DNA of 63,821 nucleotides, filler included, from Callorhinchus milii (GCF_018977255.1; 6 parts of 6 records of this genome joined end to end with filler, not necessarily neighbours in it); one strand, 5' to 3'. Positions 48,757 to 60,485 are shown, counted from the whole stretch's first letter. Made by a program: numbers and translations. Notes: generated by a model from the letters alone, not told the origin.

Positions 48757-51711
48757 TGTTGTATGTGTGGATTATGAAATTTTGATGAAAATAATAAAAA
48801 TTAATAATTTTCCGAAAAATGCGCAATTCGCATTAATTATGATAGTGTGTGTATTAATATGCATAAATTATGATAATGCGTGTGATTATATGCATAAATT
48901 ATGATAATCGTAGTAGTAATTTATGCGGAGGCTTGCGATTATGTTAATGTGTGCAGTTATGATAATTTGCTTAGTTTCGTTTATCCAGAGTTATCAATCA
49001 GGATAACACGATTATCATAGATTCATTTACCGATTATCCTAGTGTGTGTTATAATATTTTAGGTCTCCATTTTCATATCTCATCGCAGGATACAGTTCTT
49101 ATGAATAAGATAGTTTTGCATGGACTTGGAAAGAACACTCGATATGCTTCTGTGATAACAATTTTATTCTAACAAGCACGTGACATTCTATCATGCAGGT
49201 CAAACATGCGTCAATAATTCATGGGCAAGATTATGCAATTAACTAATATGAACGACAAAAACTTATGCAGTTGCGAAATTATGCAATTATGCAATATGAA
49301 TAACGAAAACTCTTATGCATTTATGTAACTCGACGGCAGCAACTGCTTTGCACGATCAGTTGATATTGAACGCACCACCTCGAAATGGCAACCCTTTTTG
49401 AAACGAAAAGACAGTTTCTTTTAAAGTCTTATTCGTGTGCGTGCTGTGTGTGCGTTGTCCTCTCGTAATATTAATTGTGTCGTTAGCTTGTGTGGTGTGG
49501 GAGGATACGAACAGCTCCTGCTGCTCCCTCGCTCGGCGTGTCGCTCGGCTTTTGCTCTCTCTCTCTCTCCACTGCTGGATTGAGCGGCGTTGGCACGATG
49601 TTCCTTGAAGAAACTTGCTTGCTTGGCGCTTGATGGTTCCGGGGGCTTGGTGCTGCTCGTGCGCTCTCTCTTTCTACTGCTAGATGACGAGTTGGCACGA
49701 TGCTGTCCTTGAAGATGCTCGTGTGGTCGCTCGGTGTCGCTCGGTGGCGCAAGGTGTCGCTCGTTGTCGCTCGGTGGCGGCGCACGGTGGCGCACGTTCA
49801 GCGCAAAGTGGTGCACGGTGGCGCACGGTGGCGCAAGGTGGCGCAAGTTGGCGCTCGTTCAGCGATCTCCGCCTTTCCTGCGGGTTGTTCGCTGGTCGTC
49901 ACTCTGACGAGGAGCGATGCTTCGTTCGTGGCAGGGTGGACGTTGGCGTCTTTGTTGGCTTCACTCGCAGCTCTGCGACTCAGGGTAGCGATTCTTCTCA
50001 GGTGGTGCAGACCTCGGCTTGCCCTGGAGAACTCTGGTGGGGCCTTAGCCCGGAGACGAGATGAGATGTAGGCCGGAGCTCGTGAAGATCTGTGGTGGAG
50101 CCGAAGATGGGCTCGTAGCCCGGATGATATTCTGTGATGGGGCCAGAGCCCTGACGAACTGTGATGGAGGCCAGAGCCCCTGTCGATCCTGTGATGGGGC
50201 CAGAGCCCCTGACGATCTGTGATGGAGGCCAGAGCCCCTGTCGATCTCTGTGATGGAGAGCCCCTGACGACTGTGATGGGGCCAGAGCCCCTGTCGATCT
50301 GAGTTGTATGGATTTTCCTTCGGTTTATATCGGAAAATTCCACTCGGCTTCCCGAGTTGTTCAAAAGCTGTGTCATAAAACCTTCCTGTGGGGGTGGACC
50401 ATCTGCGTCCGTGTGTGTGTCCGTCGTGTGTTTCGCGTGCGTGTTTGTCCGTGTGTTTATTAGCTTTGAAGACACAGCTGTGTGTGTCGTTCTGGAAGAA
50501 AGGGGGTGGGGGCCTCGTGTCGGCTGCTTCAGAAGTTATCCATTAGCCAGACCGATGATTCGCGTTGAGTTAAAAAAAAAACATTCGAATCCATGTTTTG
50601 TTACTGAATAATATTTGTCGCGAAAACCTACGCGTTAAGCGAGCTTAACTATTCACTCCCTTGCTCTGGGATCACATCCTTTGTCTCACACAGCTTAAGT
50701 TGGTTTGGTTTGGAAGTTGAAATGCGACTTATTTGCTGCTTGGTTATGCCGAAACAGTGTTCACGATGTTTCATCGTGACCCGATCTCCATGGAAATGTA
50801 TTTCCTGGGTGTGCAATTTTTGCTGTCCGTGTTGTGGGAGACAAAGGCGGTTGTTTCCACGGTGGGAGCACCCGGCGTGCTTATTTATTCGAAGGCGTGT
50901 GTTAATTTCCTTTGAGCCCTTGCCCCAACTTTATGGGTGTCATTTCCTGGCTTGGTGCCTGTGTGTCGTGATCCTCTCGGAAAGACAAAGGCGGCCGTGT
51001 TGCTCGCTTCCCATGGGTGTTGTGTTTGGTTAATTTTGAGAGCCTTCTCCGCCCTTGATTTCTCTTCTACTTTAATTCCGTACTTATTATTTGACTTCTT
51101 GTGATTATTTGATCTGATATCCCGGCTAGGAATTTTGTTTTGGAGCGAAATCGATGCCATAATTATTCTTTGATGCTTCGGCCCGGCCGTGTAGATATTC
51201 TTTAAAGGTAAATAATGTCAGTATTTATTAACAATGATGGGTCGCGATTCTGGTGCAATTTTTGTCTGGTTTTCAATTGGAGTGAGGATGGATACTGTTT
51301 GCTTAATCTTTATGGTTAAGTTGGTAACTTGTGTATTTAACATGGTTCAAAGATCCATCTGTGCTTTTTGTCGTTGATGCTGTTTCTTTGTTAAGAATAT
51401 AATTATCTCTTCCTCCGTGTCTCCTGGTTCTGCAACCCCCCGCCTGCAATTCCCCCCCTCCCTTGTTCCTCTTGTGTGAATTTAGGGGAGTTTTTTTTTA
51501 TTACCTTATTGCCCCCCTTTCATGTCCTCTCTCCTTTGAAATGAGGTATGCGCGCGTCTGTGGAAGTGTGGGGGCCTCTGTGGAAGTGTGGGGGCGTGTT
51601 CGTTCCCACGTGGCCGCGTCTATTAAAAAAAACGATATTATCTATGTTGGCAGAATAATTCTTAAAAAAAAATAATATTAAAAAAAATAAAAAGGGGGTA
51701 CATACACAACA
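48757..51711 (-). repeat. LTR copy C (2955 bp, shared)
   Basis: Same termini and flanking signals. Confidence 0.9.
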
Positions 51712-52064
51712 GTCCGCCCTTTTGAAAATTATCAGGGGTCGATTTGGCCACTGGCGAATTTTCAAACAAAGTAATGCCCCCTTTTTATGTCATGCATCCC
51801 ATCAGCCGCCCTTACTCTCGGCGGTTATTCTTACGACGCGCGTGCACGTATTACGATCTTAACCTTATTACATTTGAAATAAGCAAAGAAAATAACAACA
51901 TGTTAACATTGATATTGCGTTACATCGGTTCTCATACATCATAACTCCGGCGAATATTCATTTTTGTTTTTGTTAAATCCTGGTTACAACACGTTGAACA
52001 TCGATATTGCGTTACATCGGTTCTCATACATCATAACTCTGACGAACATTCATTTTTGTTTTTG

Positions 52065-54548
52065 TTAAATCCTGGGAAACGCTAGGTAGCGGTTTCGAAC
52101 GCATTTATGCGTTACCTTCCTCATGTTGCCTGGTTTACCACTTATCACTTTGATAATTTGATCACGGTTTTCGGGTTCGTTTTTGTAGTTTCCTCTCTCA
52201 CTCTCTCGCGTCGTGGGAGTGTGTGGTGAAAAATTGTGCTGCACGTAACCAGAATTCGCGCACACGACCCACTTTGACACTTGGTTCGTGGCATTCGCTC
52301 TCTCTGCGATTACATGCACATTTGCCGAGTCAGTGTGTCGATTTAATTCTGTCCTTCGTAATGTTGCCCTCTTTGTTTTTACGAGTGTGTTGGATTTCAA
52401 CACCATTCCCGATACGTCATGGACATTCGTCTCCATTTTAGCACTCCGATCCACATAATTTTTGGTTTCCCTTGGATATTTTCCATTCAAAGGCTCACGC
52501 CTGCGCTCCTCAGGGCGTGTCTCTGTGTTCTCTCTTTGTCTCTGCTGTCTGCTATCCACCGTCCGATCACTCTTCCATTCAGCCCTGTCACTTGCAGCCT
52601 GCTCAGGGTTTAACACCTCGGCGGGTGGGGCGCGTGTTGGCCGCTCGCTCGCACTCACTGTGGATGGTTCATCACGTATTTGGACCGCATTCTGTGTTAT
52701 TCCTCTATTCCCTCCTGGTATAGCCGGTGGAGGAATTGGTCGGAATTGGATCGATTGTGTTTGACCTCCCATCCTGCGATTCTCCTGAATGTTCGCATCC
52801 ATACCTCCGCGGTCTGTGTAACACCTTCCCGCTAGGTGGTTATCTTCCCATCTCTGTGCGTAATTTGAACCTTGCGTGTGTCGTGGGATGGGGTGTTGAT
52901 ATGGTTCTGCTCTGAACCTCTCCCTCCTGCGATTCTCGTACATTTTTAGCCCAGTATTTCTCCCATTTGGGTGCCAAATTTTTCCTGGATTGTTACCTCG
53001 CCATCTTTGTGGGTAATTTTGATCTTGTGTGTGTCGTGGCATGGGGTGTTGGTATGGTTCTATTCTGAACCTCCCCCTCCTGCGATTCTCCTGAATGTTC
53101 GGCTTTGTGCCGCTCTCATTCTCGTGCCAACCTCTCTCTGGGTTATTTTGCCATGGGTGCGTGCGTTTCTGCTCCGTCCTGCATTGTGGGACTGCTCGGT
53201 GATTTTTATTCCTCTCTGAGAGGCTGGGTTCCTCATCCCTCTCCCTGTGTTCTGGATCCGAATTATGATTCTTAGCTCTGTATAACCATGCCATGTACGC
53301 CTTGCTCTCTATGCGGCGTAAGGATGCGGTTTCTGGATTCAAAACCATTCTCACCCTTTCTGTAATCTCTGGGCTCAAGGATTCAAAAAACATAATTTTG
53401 AACATTTTATCTCCTTCGTGGTATTGATTCACATCGCCTGCGTAATACGCTCTTTTAAATTGGACGAGGTAGTCACGTGGATCTTGGTCCATGCCCTGGG
53501 TCATCGATTTTACAGCATAAAACCCCTCAGTGAGTGTCGAATATTCTCCAAACTTCCGAATCACTGCCAGGCTCAATTGTTTAAAATCATTTCTAACCTT
53601 GTGTGGTAGTGACTTTACCCATGGAATAGATTCTTTATGTAAGGTCCGTTTCAACAAACTCGCTTTTTCATCCCGTCTCCTCAGCCCTCTAATCATTGCC
53701 TCCTCTTCTACGGTTGCGATATGTGTGTGGATATCCATAGTCTTATTGTGGGGGTCAAAATCGGGAATTCTGACTAGAGCCTTGTCCATCAATTTAAGGG
53801 TTTTACTGGTGAATAGGTATTCCGAAAGTTGATTGCCGACAGCGTCATCATCAAACAAGTTATCATCAGGCAATCTGTCACTTTGGTCTGTGCTGTGTCG
53901 CTTGTGTTTAAGTGGTGTGCATTTTCTGTGTGCGCGCCCAGTGCCGTGTCGCTCGTGTTGCCATTTCCCTTCAGTTTTTGCCTCTGCCCTTAGTGTACCA
54001 TGTCCTGGCGATTTTACTTTAACATTTTTCCTCCCTCTCTCGAATTGTGAGGGTTTCCCTTTGTCAATGATTTTTTGTTCGATATCCATAATTTTTGTGC
54101 GATCAATCCCTGGACTCTGTCCACGTACCCAAGAGTGTGATTTAATGTCACTTCCATATTTATTCTGTGGATCCACGTCTGTGAGTTTCGCTGGTGTCGC
54201 GAGCACTGATTTCTCTCCCGTTTCCTTTCCAAATTTTCCCTCATTCCACAATCCCTGTCTGTATGCCTGTGTGAGAAGGAATGAGTCCTGTCCTGCCTTC
54301 TCTGCAGTTTTTGCATCGTGTTCGCCTTCGTTACCTTTTATCCAGTCAATTAGTTTCCCCCGAGGTGTGTTCGTGTTATCGATACAGCTCCCTTCCCATA
54401 TGTCTCTCTGACTGTACTGCTTTGTAACAGATTGGTCGGTACGTTTAAATACGAGCTCCCCGTATCCCGTAACCCATTCAAAAATTATTCTTAATCCTAG
54501 CATCTTAGGTATGGCGGAAGTTACTTTGACATTCCTTTCAGAGTGCAT
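52065..54548 (-). CDS. Gypsy-type Gag, intact copy (~810-830 aa); capsid domain ~53280-53770
   Basis: IPDFDP..DIHTHI..EKASLLKRTL..WVKSLP..DFKQLSLAVIRKFG..MTQGMDQDPRDYLVQFKRAYYAG..FKIMFFESLSP is a retrotransposon capsid pattern; first ATG 54548, ATG shared by all copies 54503. Confidence 0.85.
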   Translation of the reverse strand: MHSERNVKVTSAIPKMLGLRIIFEWVTGYGELVFKRTDQSVTKQYSQRDIWEGSCIDNTNTPRGKLIDWIKGNEGEHDAKTAEKAGQDSFLLTQAYRQGLWNEGKFGKETGEKSVLATPAKLTDVDPQNKYGSDIKSHSWVRGQSPGIDRTKIMDIEQKIIDKGKPSQFERGRKNVKVKSPGHGTLRAEAKTEGKWQHERHGTGRAHRKCTPLKHKRHSTDQSDRLPDDNLFDDDAVGNQLSEYLFTSKTLKLMDKALVRIPDFDPHNKTMDIHTHIATVEEEAMIRGLRRRDEKASLLKRTLHKESIPWVKSLPHKVRNDFKQLSLAVIRKFGEYSTLTEGFYAVKSMTQGMDQDPRDYLVQFKRAYYAGDVNQYHEGDKMFKIMFFESLSPEITERVRMVLNPETASLRRIESKAYMAWLYRAKNHNSDPEHRERDEEPSLSERNKNHRAVPQCRTEQKRTHPWQNNPERGWHENESGTKPNIQENRRRGRFRIEPYQHPMPRHTQDQNYPQRWRGNNPGKIWHPNGRNTGLKMYENRRRERFRAEPYQHPIPRHTQGSNYAQRWEDNHLAGRCYTDRGGMDANIQENRRMGGQTQSIQFRPIPPPAIPGGNRGITQNAVQIRDEPSTVSASERPTRAPPAEVLNPEQAASDRAEWKSDRTVDSRQQRQRENTETRPEERRREPLNGKYPRETKNYVDRSAKMETNVHDVSGMVLKSNTLVKTKRATLRRTELNRHTDSANVHVIAERANATNQVSKWVVCANSGYVQHNFSPHTPTTRESERGNYKNEPENRDQIIKVISGKPGNMRKVTHKCVRNRYLAFPRI

Positions 54549-54860
54549 ATAAAACAATTATCTCACAGAGTGTAGTCAATTTGACTCGAGCTATCTGTTA
54601 TTTTCCGATTCAGAGTGCGTACCTCTAACACCATTTATCACAGGATGCAATTGGTTTGATACGATATTATCTTAATTCCACTGTCTCTGTTTTAACCTGC
54701 TATTCTGGGTTTTAACCTTAGAGGGCGTTTTTTTGTTTTCCGCCCGTTCACAATTACCATGCAATGTTCGATCCTGATATTCTGGTTAACACGAAGTGAT
54801 TCATTCCATCATCCATGCAAAACACTGTCTGCGAGAGATCCCGGACGAGGCCACCCATTA

Positions 54861-57800
54861 TGTTGTATGTGTTGGTATTATGAAATTTTGATGAAAATAA
54901 TAAAAATTAATAATTTTCCGAAAAATGCGCAAATCGCATTAATTATGATAGTGTGTGTATTAATATGCATAAATTATGATAATGCGTGTATTATATGCAT
55001 AAATTATGATAATCGTAGTAATTTATGCGGAGGCTTGCGATTATGTTAATGTGTGCAGTTATGATAATTTGCTTAGTTTCGTTTATCCAGAGTTATCAAT
55101 CAGGATAACACGATTATCATAGATTCATTTACCGATTATCCTAGTGTGTGTTATAATATTTTAGGTCTCCATTTTCATATCTCATCGCAGGATACAGCTC
55201 TTATGAATAAGATGGTTTTGCATGGACTTGGAAAGAACACTCGATATGCTTCTGTGATAACAATTTTATTCTAACAAGCACGTGACATTCTATCATGCAG
55301 GTCAAACATGCGTCAATAATTCATGGGCAAGATTATGCAATTAACTAATATGAACGACAAAAACTTATGCAGTTGCGAAATTATGCAATTATGCAATATG
55401 AATAACGAAAACTCTTATGCATTTATGTAACTCGACGGCAGCAACTGCTTTGCACGATCAGTTGATATTGAACGCACCACCTCGAAATGGCAACCCTTTT
55501 TGAAACGAAAAGACAGTTTTTCTTTTAAAGTCTTATTCGTGTGCGTGCTGTGTGTGCGTTGTCCCCTCGTAATATTAATTGTGTCGTTAGCTTGTGTGGT
55601 GTGGGAGGATACGAACAGCGGCCAGGTGTTCCTCTCGATTGGGCGTGGCCGCCGCAAGCTCCTGCTGCTCCCTCGCTCGGCGTGTCGCTCGGCTTTTGCT
55701 CTCTCTCTCTCTCCACTGCTGGATTGAGCGGCGTTGGCACGATGTTCCTTGAAGAAACTTGCTTGCTTGGCGCTTGATGGTTCCGGGGGCTTGGTGCTGC
55801 TCGTGCGCTCTCTCTTTCTACTGCTAGATGACGAGTTGGCACGATGCTGTCCTTGAAGATGCTCGGTCGCTCGTGTCGCTCGGTGTCGCTCGGTGGCGCA
55901 AGGTGTCGCTCGTTGTCGCTCGATGGCGCGCGGTGGCGCACGGTGGCGCACGTGCAGGCGCAAAGTGGTGCACGGTGGCGCACGGTGGCGCAAGGTGGCG
56001 CAAGTTGGCGCTCGTTCAGCGATCTCCGCCTTTCCTGCGGGTTGTTCGCTGGTCGTCACTCTGACGAGGAGCGATGCTTCGTTCGTGGCAGGGTGGACGT
56101 TGGCGTCTTTGTTGGCTTCACTCGCAGCTCTGCGACTCAGGGTAGCGATTCTTCTCAGGTGGTGCAGACCTCGGCTTGTAGCTACGCGTCGCTACTCCGC
56201 GACCCTCGTCATTCTGAATGACAGGAGCTTCTTCGTTGGCGGCGACGAGGAGAGATGGTTGTCGCCCTGGAGAACTCTGGTGGGGCCTTAGCCCGGAGAC
56301 GAGATGAGATGTAGGCCGGAGCTCGTGAAGATCTGTGGTGGAGCCGAAGATGGGCTCGTAGCCCGGATGATATGTGTGTGGGGCCGAGCCCGGACGAACT
56401 GTGATGGAGGCCAGAGCCCCTGACGATCTGTGATGGGGGCCAGAGCCCCTGACGATCTGTGATGGAGGCCAGAGCCCCTGTCGATCTCTGTGATCGATCT
56501 GTGGTGGCGCCGAAGCCCGGACGAGACCTGTGATGGGGCCAGAGCCCCTGTCGATCTGAGTTGTATGGATTTTCCTTCGGTTTATATCGGAAAATTCCAC
56601 TCGGCTCCCGAGTTGTTCAAAAGCTGTGTCATAAAACCTTCCTGTGGGGGTGGACCATCTGCGTCCGTGTGTGTGTCCGTCCGTGTGTTTCGCGTGCGTG
56701 TTTGTCCGTGTGTTTATTAGCTTTGAAGACACAGCTGTGTGTGTCGTTCTGGAAGAAAGGGGGTGGGGGCCTCGTGTCGGCTGCTTCAGAAGTTATCCAT
56801 TAGCCAGACCGATGATTCGCGTTGAGTTAAAAAAAAAACATTCGAATCCATGTTTTGTTACTGAATAATATTTGTCGCGAAAACCTACGCGTTAAGCGAG
56901 CTTAACTATTCACTCCCTTGCTCTGGGATCACATCCTTTGTCTCACACAGCTTAAGTTGGTTTGGTTTGGAAGTTGAAATGCGACTTATTTGCTGCTTGG
57001 TTATGCCGAAACAGTGTTCACGATGTTTCATCGTGACCCGATCTCTCATGGAAATGTTATTTCCTGCGTGTGCAATTTTTGCTGTCCGTGTTGTGGGGAG
57101 ACAAAGGCGGTTGTTTCCACGGTGGGAGCACCCGGCGCATGCTTATTTATTCGAAGGCGTGTGTTAATTTCCTTTGAGCCCTTGCCCCAACTTTATGGGT
57201 GTCATTTCCTGGCTTGGTGCCTGTGTGTCGTGATCCTCTCGGAAAGACAAAGGCGGCCGTGTTGCTCGCTTCCCATGGGTGTTGTGTTTGGTTAATTTTG
57301 AGAGCCTTCTCCGCCCTTGATTTCTCTTCTACTTTAATTCCGTACTTATTATTTGACTTCTTGTGATTATTTGATCTGATATCCCGGCTAGGAATTTTGT
57401 TTTGGAGCGAAATCGATGCCATAATTATTCTTTGATGCTTCGGCCCGGCCGTGTAGATATTCTTTAAAGGTAAATAATGTCAGTATTTATTAACAATGAT
57501 GGGTCGCGATTCTGGTTCAGATTGTCGTCTGGTTTTCAATTGGAGTGAGGATGGATACTGTTTGCTTAATCTTTATGGTTAAGTTGGTAACTTGTGTATT
57601 TAACATGGTTCAAAGACCCATCTGTGCTTTTTGTCGTCGATGCTGTTTCTTTGTTAAGAATATAATTATCTCTTCCTCCGTGTCTCCTGGTTCTGCAACC
57701 CCCCGCCTGCAATTCCCCCCCTCCCTTGTTCCTCTTGTGTGAATTTAGGGGAGTTTTTTTTTATTACCTTATTGCCCCCCCTTTCATGTCCTCTCTCCTT

Positions 57801-57974
57801 TGAAATGAGGTATGCGCGCATCTGTGGAAGTGTGGGGGCCTCTGTGGAAGTGTGGGGGCGTGTTCGTTCCCACGTGGCCGCGTCTATTAAAAAAAACGAT
57901 ATTATCTATGTTGGCAGAATAATTCTTAAAAAAAATAATATTAAAAAAAATAAAAAGGGGGTACATACACAACA
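54861..57974 (-). repeat. LTR copy D (3114 bp, 5'-most LTR)
   Basis: Same termini; unique flank aagtttcc follows 57974. Confidence 0.9.
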
Positions 57975-58474
57975 AAGTTTCCTAAAATCCCACGACCTCT
58001 GTCCAACCAGCATTACAAATGGCTACAACCACATTCGCTGTGGTGGGGTAAAGTGTGAATACACCCACCTCTTTCAACACACGTGGAAAGTAGACCCAAT
58101 ACCAATGTTGTTTTATCTGATAGCATCCCTACTTTTTTACCTCCCAAAATTATCGCCATGACCATGCCCACATCTTGGTACACCCCATGAACATCGATGT
58201 TTGTGGTTTCTATAGGCAGCAATGCTGATCGTAAATTGCAGGGAAACTTTGCCGTGCATGTGGAAAGTGGCAATTACTTTCCACATGGTGGAAACTGGAT
58301 TCAACTTTTTATGAGTTTCCTCCGTTGTTTTTCCAGCAAAATTGGCAGATTTGATTGAAAACTAAAGAGCAGATTTTACCAATAGATAAAAAAAATCCTT
58401 GAAGTAAGCACACATGTGCCATCGGTGAGATGTGTGGAACCCATGTCGACAAATTTGTGCCTCCATGCCATCAC

Positions 58475-58652
58475 CTTCATGACATTGGTGGGAGTGGAGA
58501 CCGTGTCCGTCCAGGCCCAGCTCAGGCAACAGGCGCAGCAGCAGCTCCAGCTGGCTGATAGAGACACGTGGCGCTGCATGTGCTCCGAAAGACTGCAGTA
58601 ACACTGGGGGCACCAGCTGCAACGCACGCACTGCTTGCAGCAAGGCCAGCTC
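58475..58652 (-). CDS. CEP104: CEP104 exon (TOG domain: ELALLQAVRALQLVP...TPTNVMK)
   Basis: Matches recalled human EMALFKEVKSLQIIP...TIDNVMK; cag|GAG and AAG|gtg sites; one extra base. Confidence 0.8.
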
Positions 58653-59230
58653 CTGACGTGCAAATACACACAAACAGTACTATATGAGCATAGGTAATGC
58701 ACAGTTGCATTAATGTAGGGGCATTGCCTTCTTACGGACACCAAGGGGTGCAGAAAATAAGGAATACTTAGGTATCACAGAATACATTGGGTGCAATGAT
58801 ATAAAAAAGTGTAAAGAATGAGAATGATTGGTATGGTTTATTATGTCAGAAACAGCTGAAACAAGGCTAGAGTCAGGAGTCGGAGCCATCATCGCGTGTG
58901 ACTTAAGCGGCTCCTGCACCAAAAGGACAATAACTGTTAATTAATCATAAGACAAGTTCATTATAAAATGAAACATTCTACTACCATACTAGAGAGAAAT
59001 TTAGCCATCACATCTGTAACGGATTTACCCTGCCCTTGAGACTAACTGACCCATCTTGGCTGAGCTTGCAAAATCACATGTAACGATGTTATTCACAGTG
59101 TTAGTCTGAACAGACGTGGGGAGAACTAGACCGTAATTAATCAATCAGCGCAAATATTCAAAAGCTATTGCGTGGTGCTGCGCCTACTTTTCCACCAGCC
59201 CAGGGAGCGGCGGCGTGCCTTGCGACTTGC

Positions 59231-59403
59231 CTGTATGAAGGACATGGCGGCGTTGCGGTGCCGTGTCGTGGTGTCCCGGTGCGCACCATGAGCCCGGGCA
59301 GCGTGCCCTCTACGCAGTGCGACAGATCGACTCGGCCGAGACGGTGCTGGGGAACAAACTGGGTCACCAGCATCTTCAGCACCTTCAGGGATGCACTGAA
59401 CAC
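59231..59403 (-). CDS. CEP104: CEP104 exon (VFSASLKVLKMLVTQFVP...AAMSFIQ)
   Basis: Matches recalled human VFQASLKLLKMIITQYIP...AANFIQ; one G missing in a G run; donor CAG|GCAAGT. Confidence 0.85.
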
Positions 59404-59762
59404 CTGCGTCAAACAGACGACCCATTGAACGTTTAGATATATATTTTAAAAAATAACACGTAGAAATGTAACTTTAATACTCTATATCTCATCATCTAGT
59501 GGTCTGATCCATTAATTATCGAATAAATCTAAAATTTAATTCGATACCAATTTCTATATGAGCTACATAATCCGCCAAAGTTGTCTTTGGCTCATAACAT
59601 AAAGAAAAATAACATCATACAGTACATTTCCATATTGCGTATTGAAAGCCATATGTACCGAGGCTGGGGTGAACAGGTGTTAGTACATACTCTTAGTTCT
59701 TTCGGTAAAGTCACGTAGGTAAAAAATGAAATAAAAATTAATAAAAATAAAACAATAAAAAT

Positions 59763-59803
59763 CACGACGTTTCGGAGGCAACACAAGTCTCCGTCATCAG
59801 GTG
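59763..59803 (-). ncRNA. Minimal type I hammerhead ribozyme motif (mirror copy)
   Basis: Minus strand CAC-CTGATGA-C-GGAGAC..GCCTCC-GAAA-CGTC-GTG. Confidence 0.7.
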
Positions 59804-59850
59804 GGACCGTCACAGCCAGATTTGCTGCAGCAAATCTGGCTGTGACGGTC

Positions 59851-59890
59851 CACCTGATGACGGAGACTTGTGTTGCCTCCGAAACGTCGT
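59851..59890 (+). ncRNA. Minimal type I hammerhead ribozyme motif
   Basis: CAC-CTGATGA-C-GGAGAC(ttgtgtt)GCCTCC-GAAA-CGTC-GT. Confidence 0.7.
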
Positions 59891-60018
59891 AATTTTTATT
59901 GTTTTATTTTTATAAATTTTTATTTCATTTTTTACCTACGTGACTTTACCGAAAGAACTAAGAGTATGAATCCTTGCAGTCACGAAAGCTTCAAATCTAG
60001 AAAGGTGTTAGTACATAC

Positions 60019-60186
60019 CGAGGTGACCTGGTCTCGTAGGGCCCGACGGACGAGGAAAATGGCAGCCCTCAGCATTGCCCTGATATCCTCTCGAGCCATC
60101 CCTTCTTTAAGCTCAGCCATTTGGCGATAGATGGCCAGAAGTGCGTCTTCACGGTACGACCACGTCTTAGAGTAGGCGCCTGCAGC
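60019..60186 (-). CDS. CEP104: CEP104 exon (AAGAYSKTWSYREDALLAI...RDQVTS)
   Basis: 168 nt, tag| and |gtatgt; matches recalled human VAEAYCKTWSYREDALLAL...KDIVTS. Confidence 0.9.
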
Positions 60187-60485
60187 CTACAGGTGCATAC
60201 ATCACGTAAGGACAGCAAGACTGAATGTAAGAGAAGACCTCCAAAACCTGCTCTCATCATATCCCATCATTTGGCTGGGACACCTGGCTTGGTGATTACC
60301 AAACTGTGGGTGCCATACTAATGCTCATTGTAGTAACCTGCCCTCCTCCAGCCTGCATAAATGGCTCACTGACAATAACCTCATGTTCCTCATTACATCT
60401 GCAGTGACAATGTTGTATTCTGAACTTTCTAGTTGCTTCCCCTATCAAGCTGTGACATTCACGGAAAAGTAGTTATATTCCGTAG

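Larger units (their letters stand above)
36927..57974 (-). mobile_element. Tandem array of a Gag-only Gypsy-type LTR retrotransposon: LTR-int-LTR-int-LTR-int-LTR
   Basis: ~5.7-6.1-kb period; LTRs bounded by TGTTG...CAACA; each internal region (39404-42640, 45631-48756, 51712-54860) has PBS, gag and PPT but no pol. Confidence 0.92.
59691..60002. mobile_element. Palindromic Penelope-like element with 16-bp target-site duplication
   Basis: Near-perfect palindrome 59686-59968 centred on CTGCAG (59825-59830), plus a short tail; AGGTGTTAGTACATAC at 59675-59690 and 60003-60018. Confidence 0.8.
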
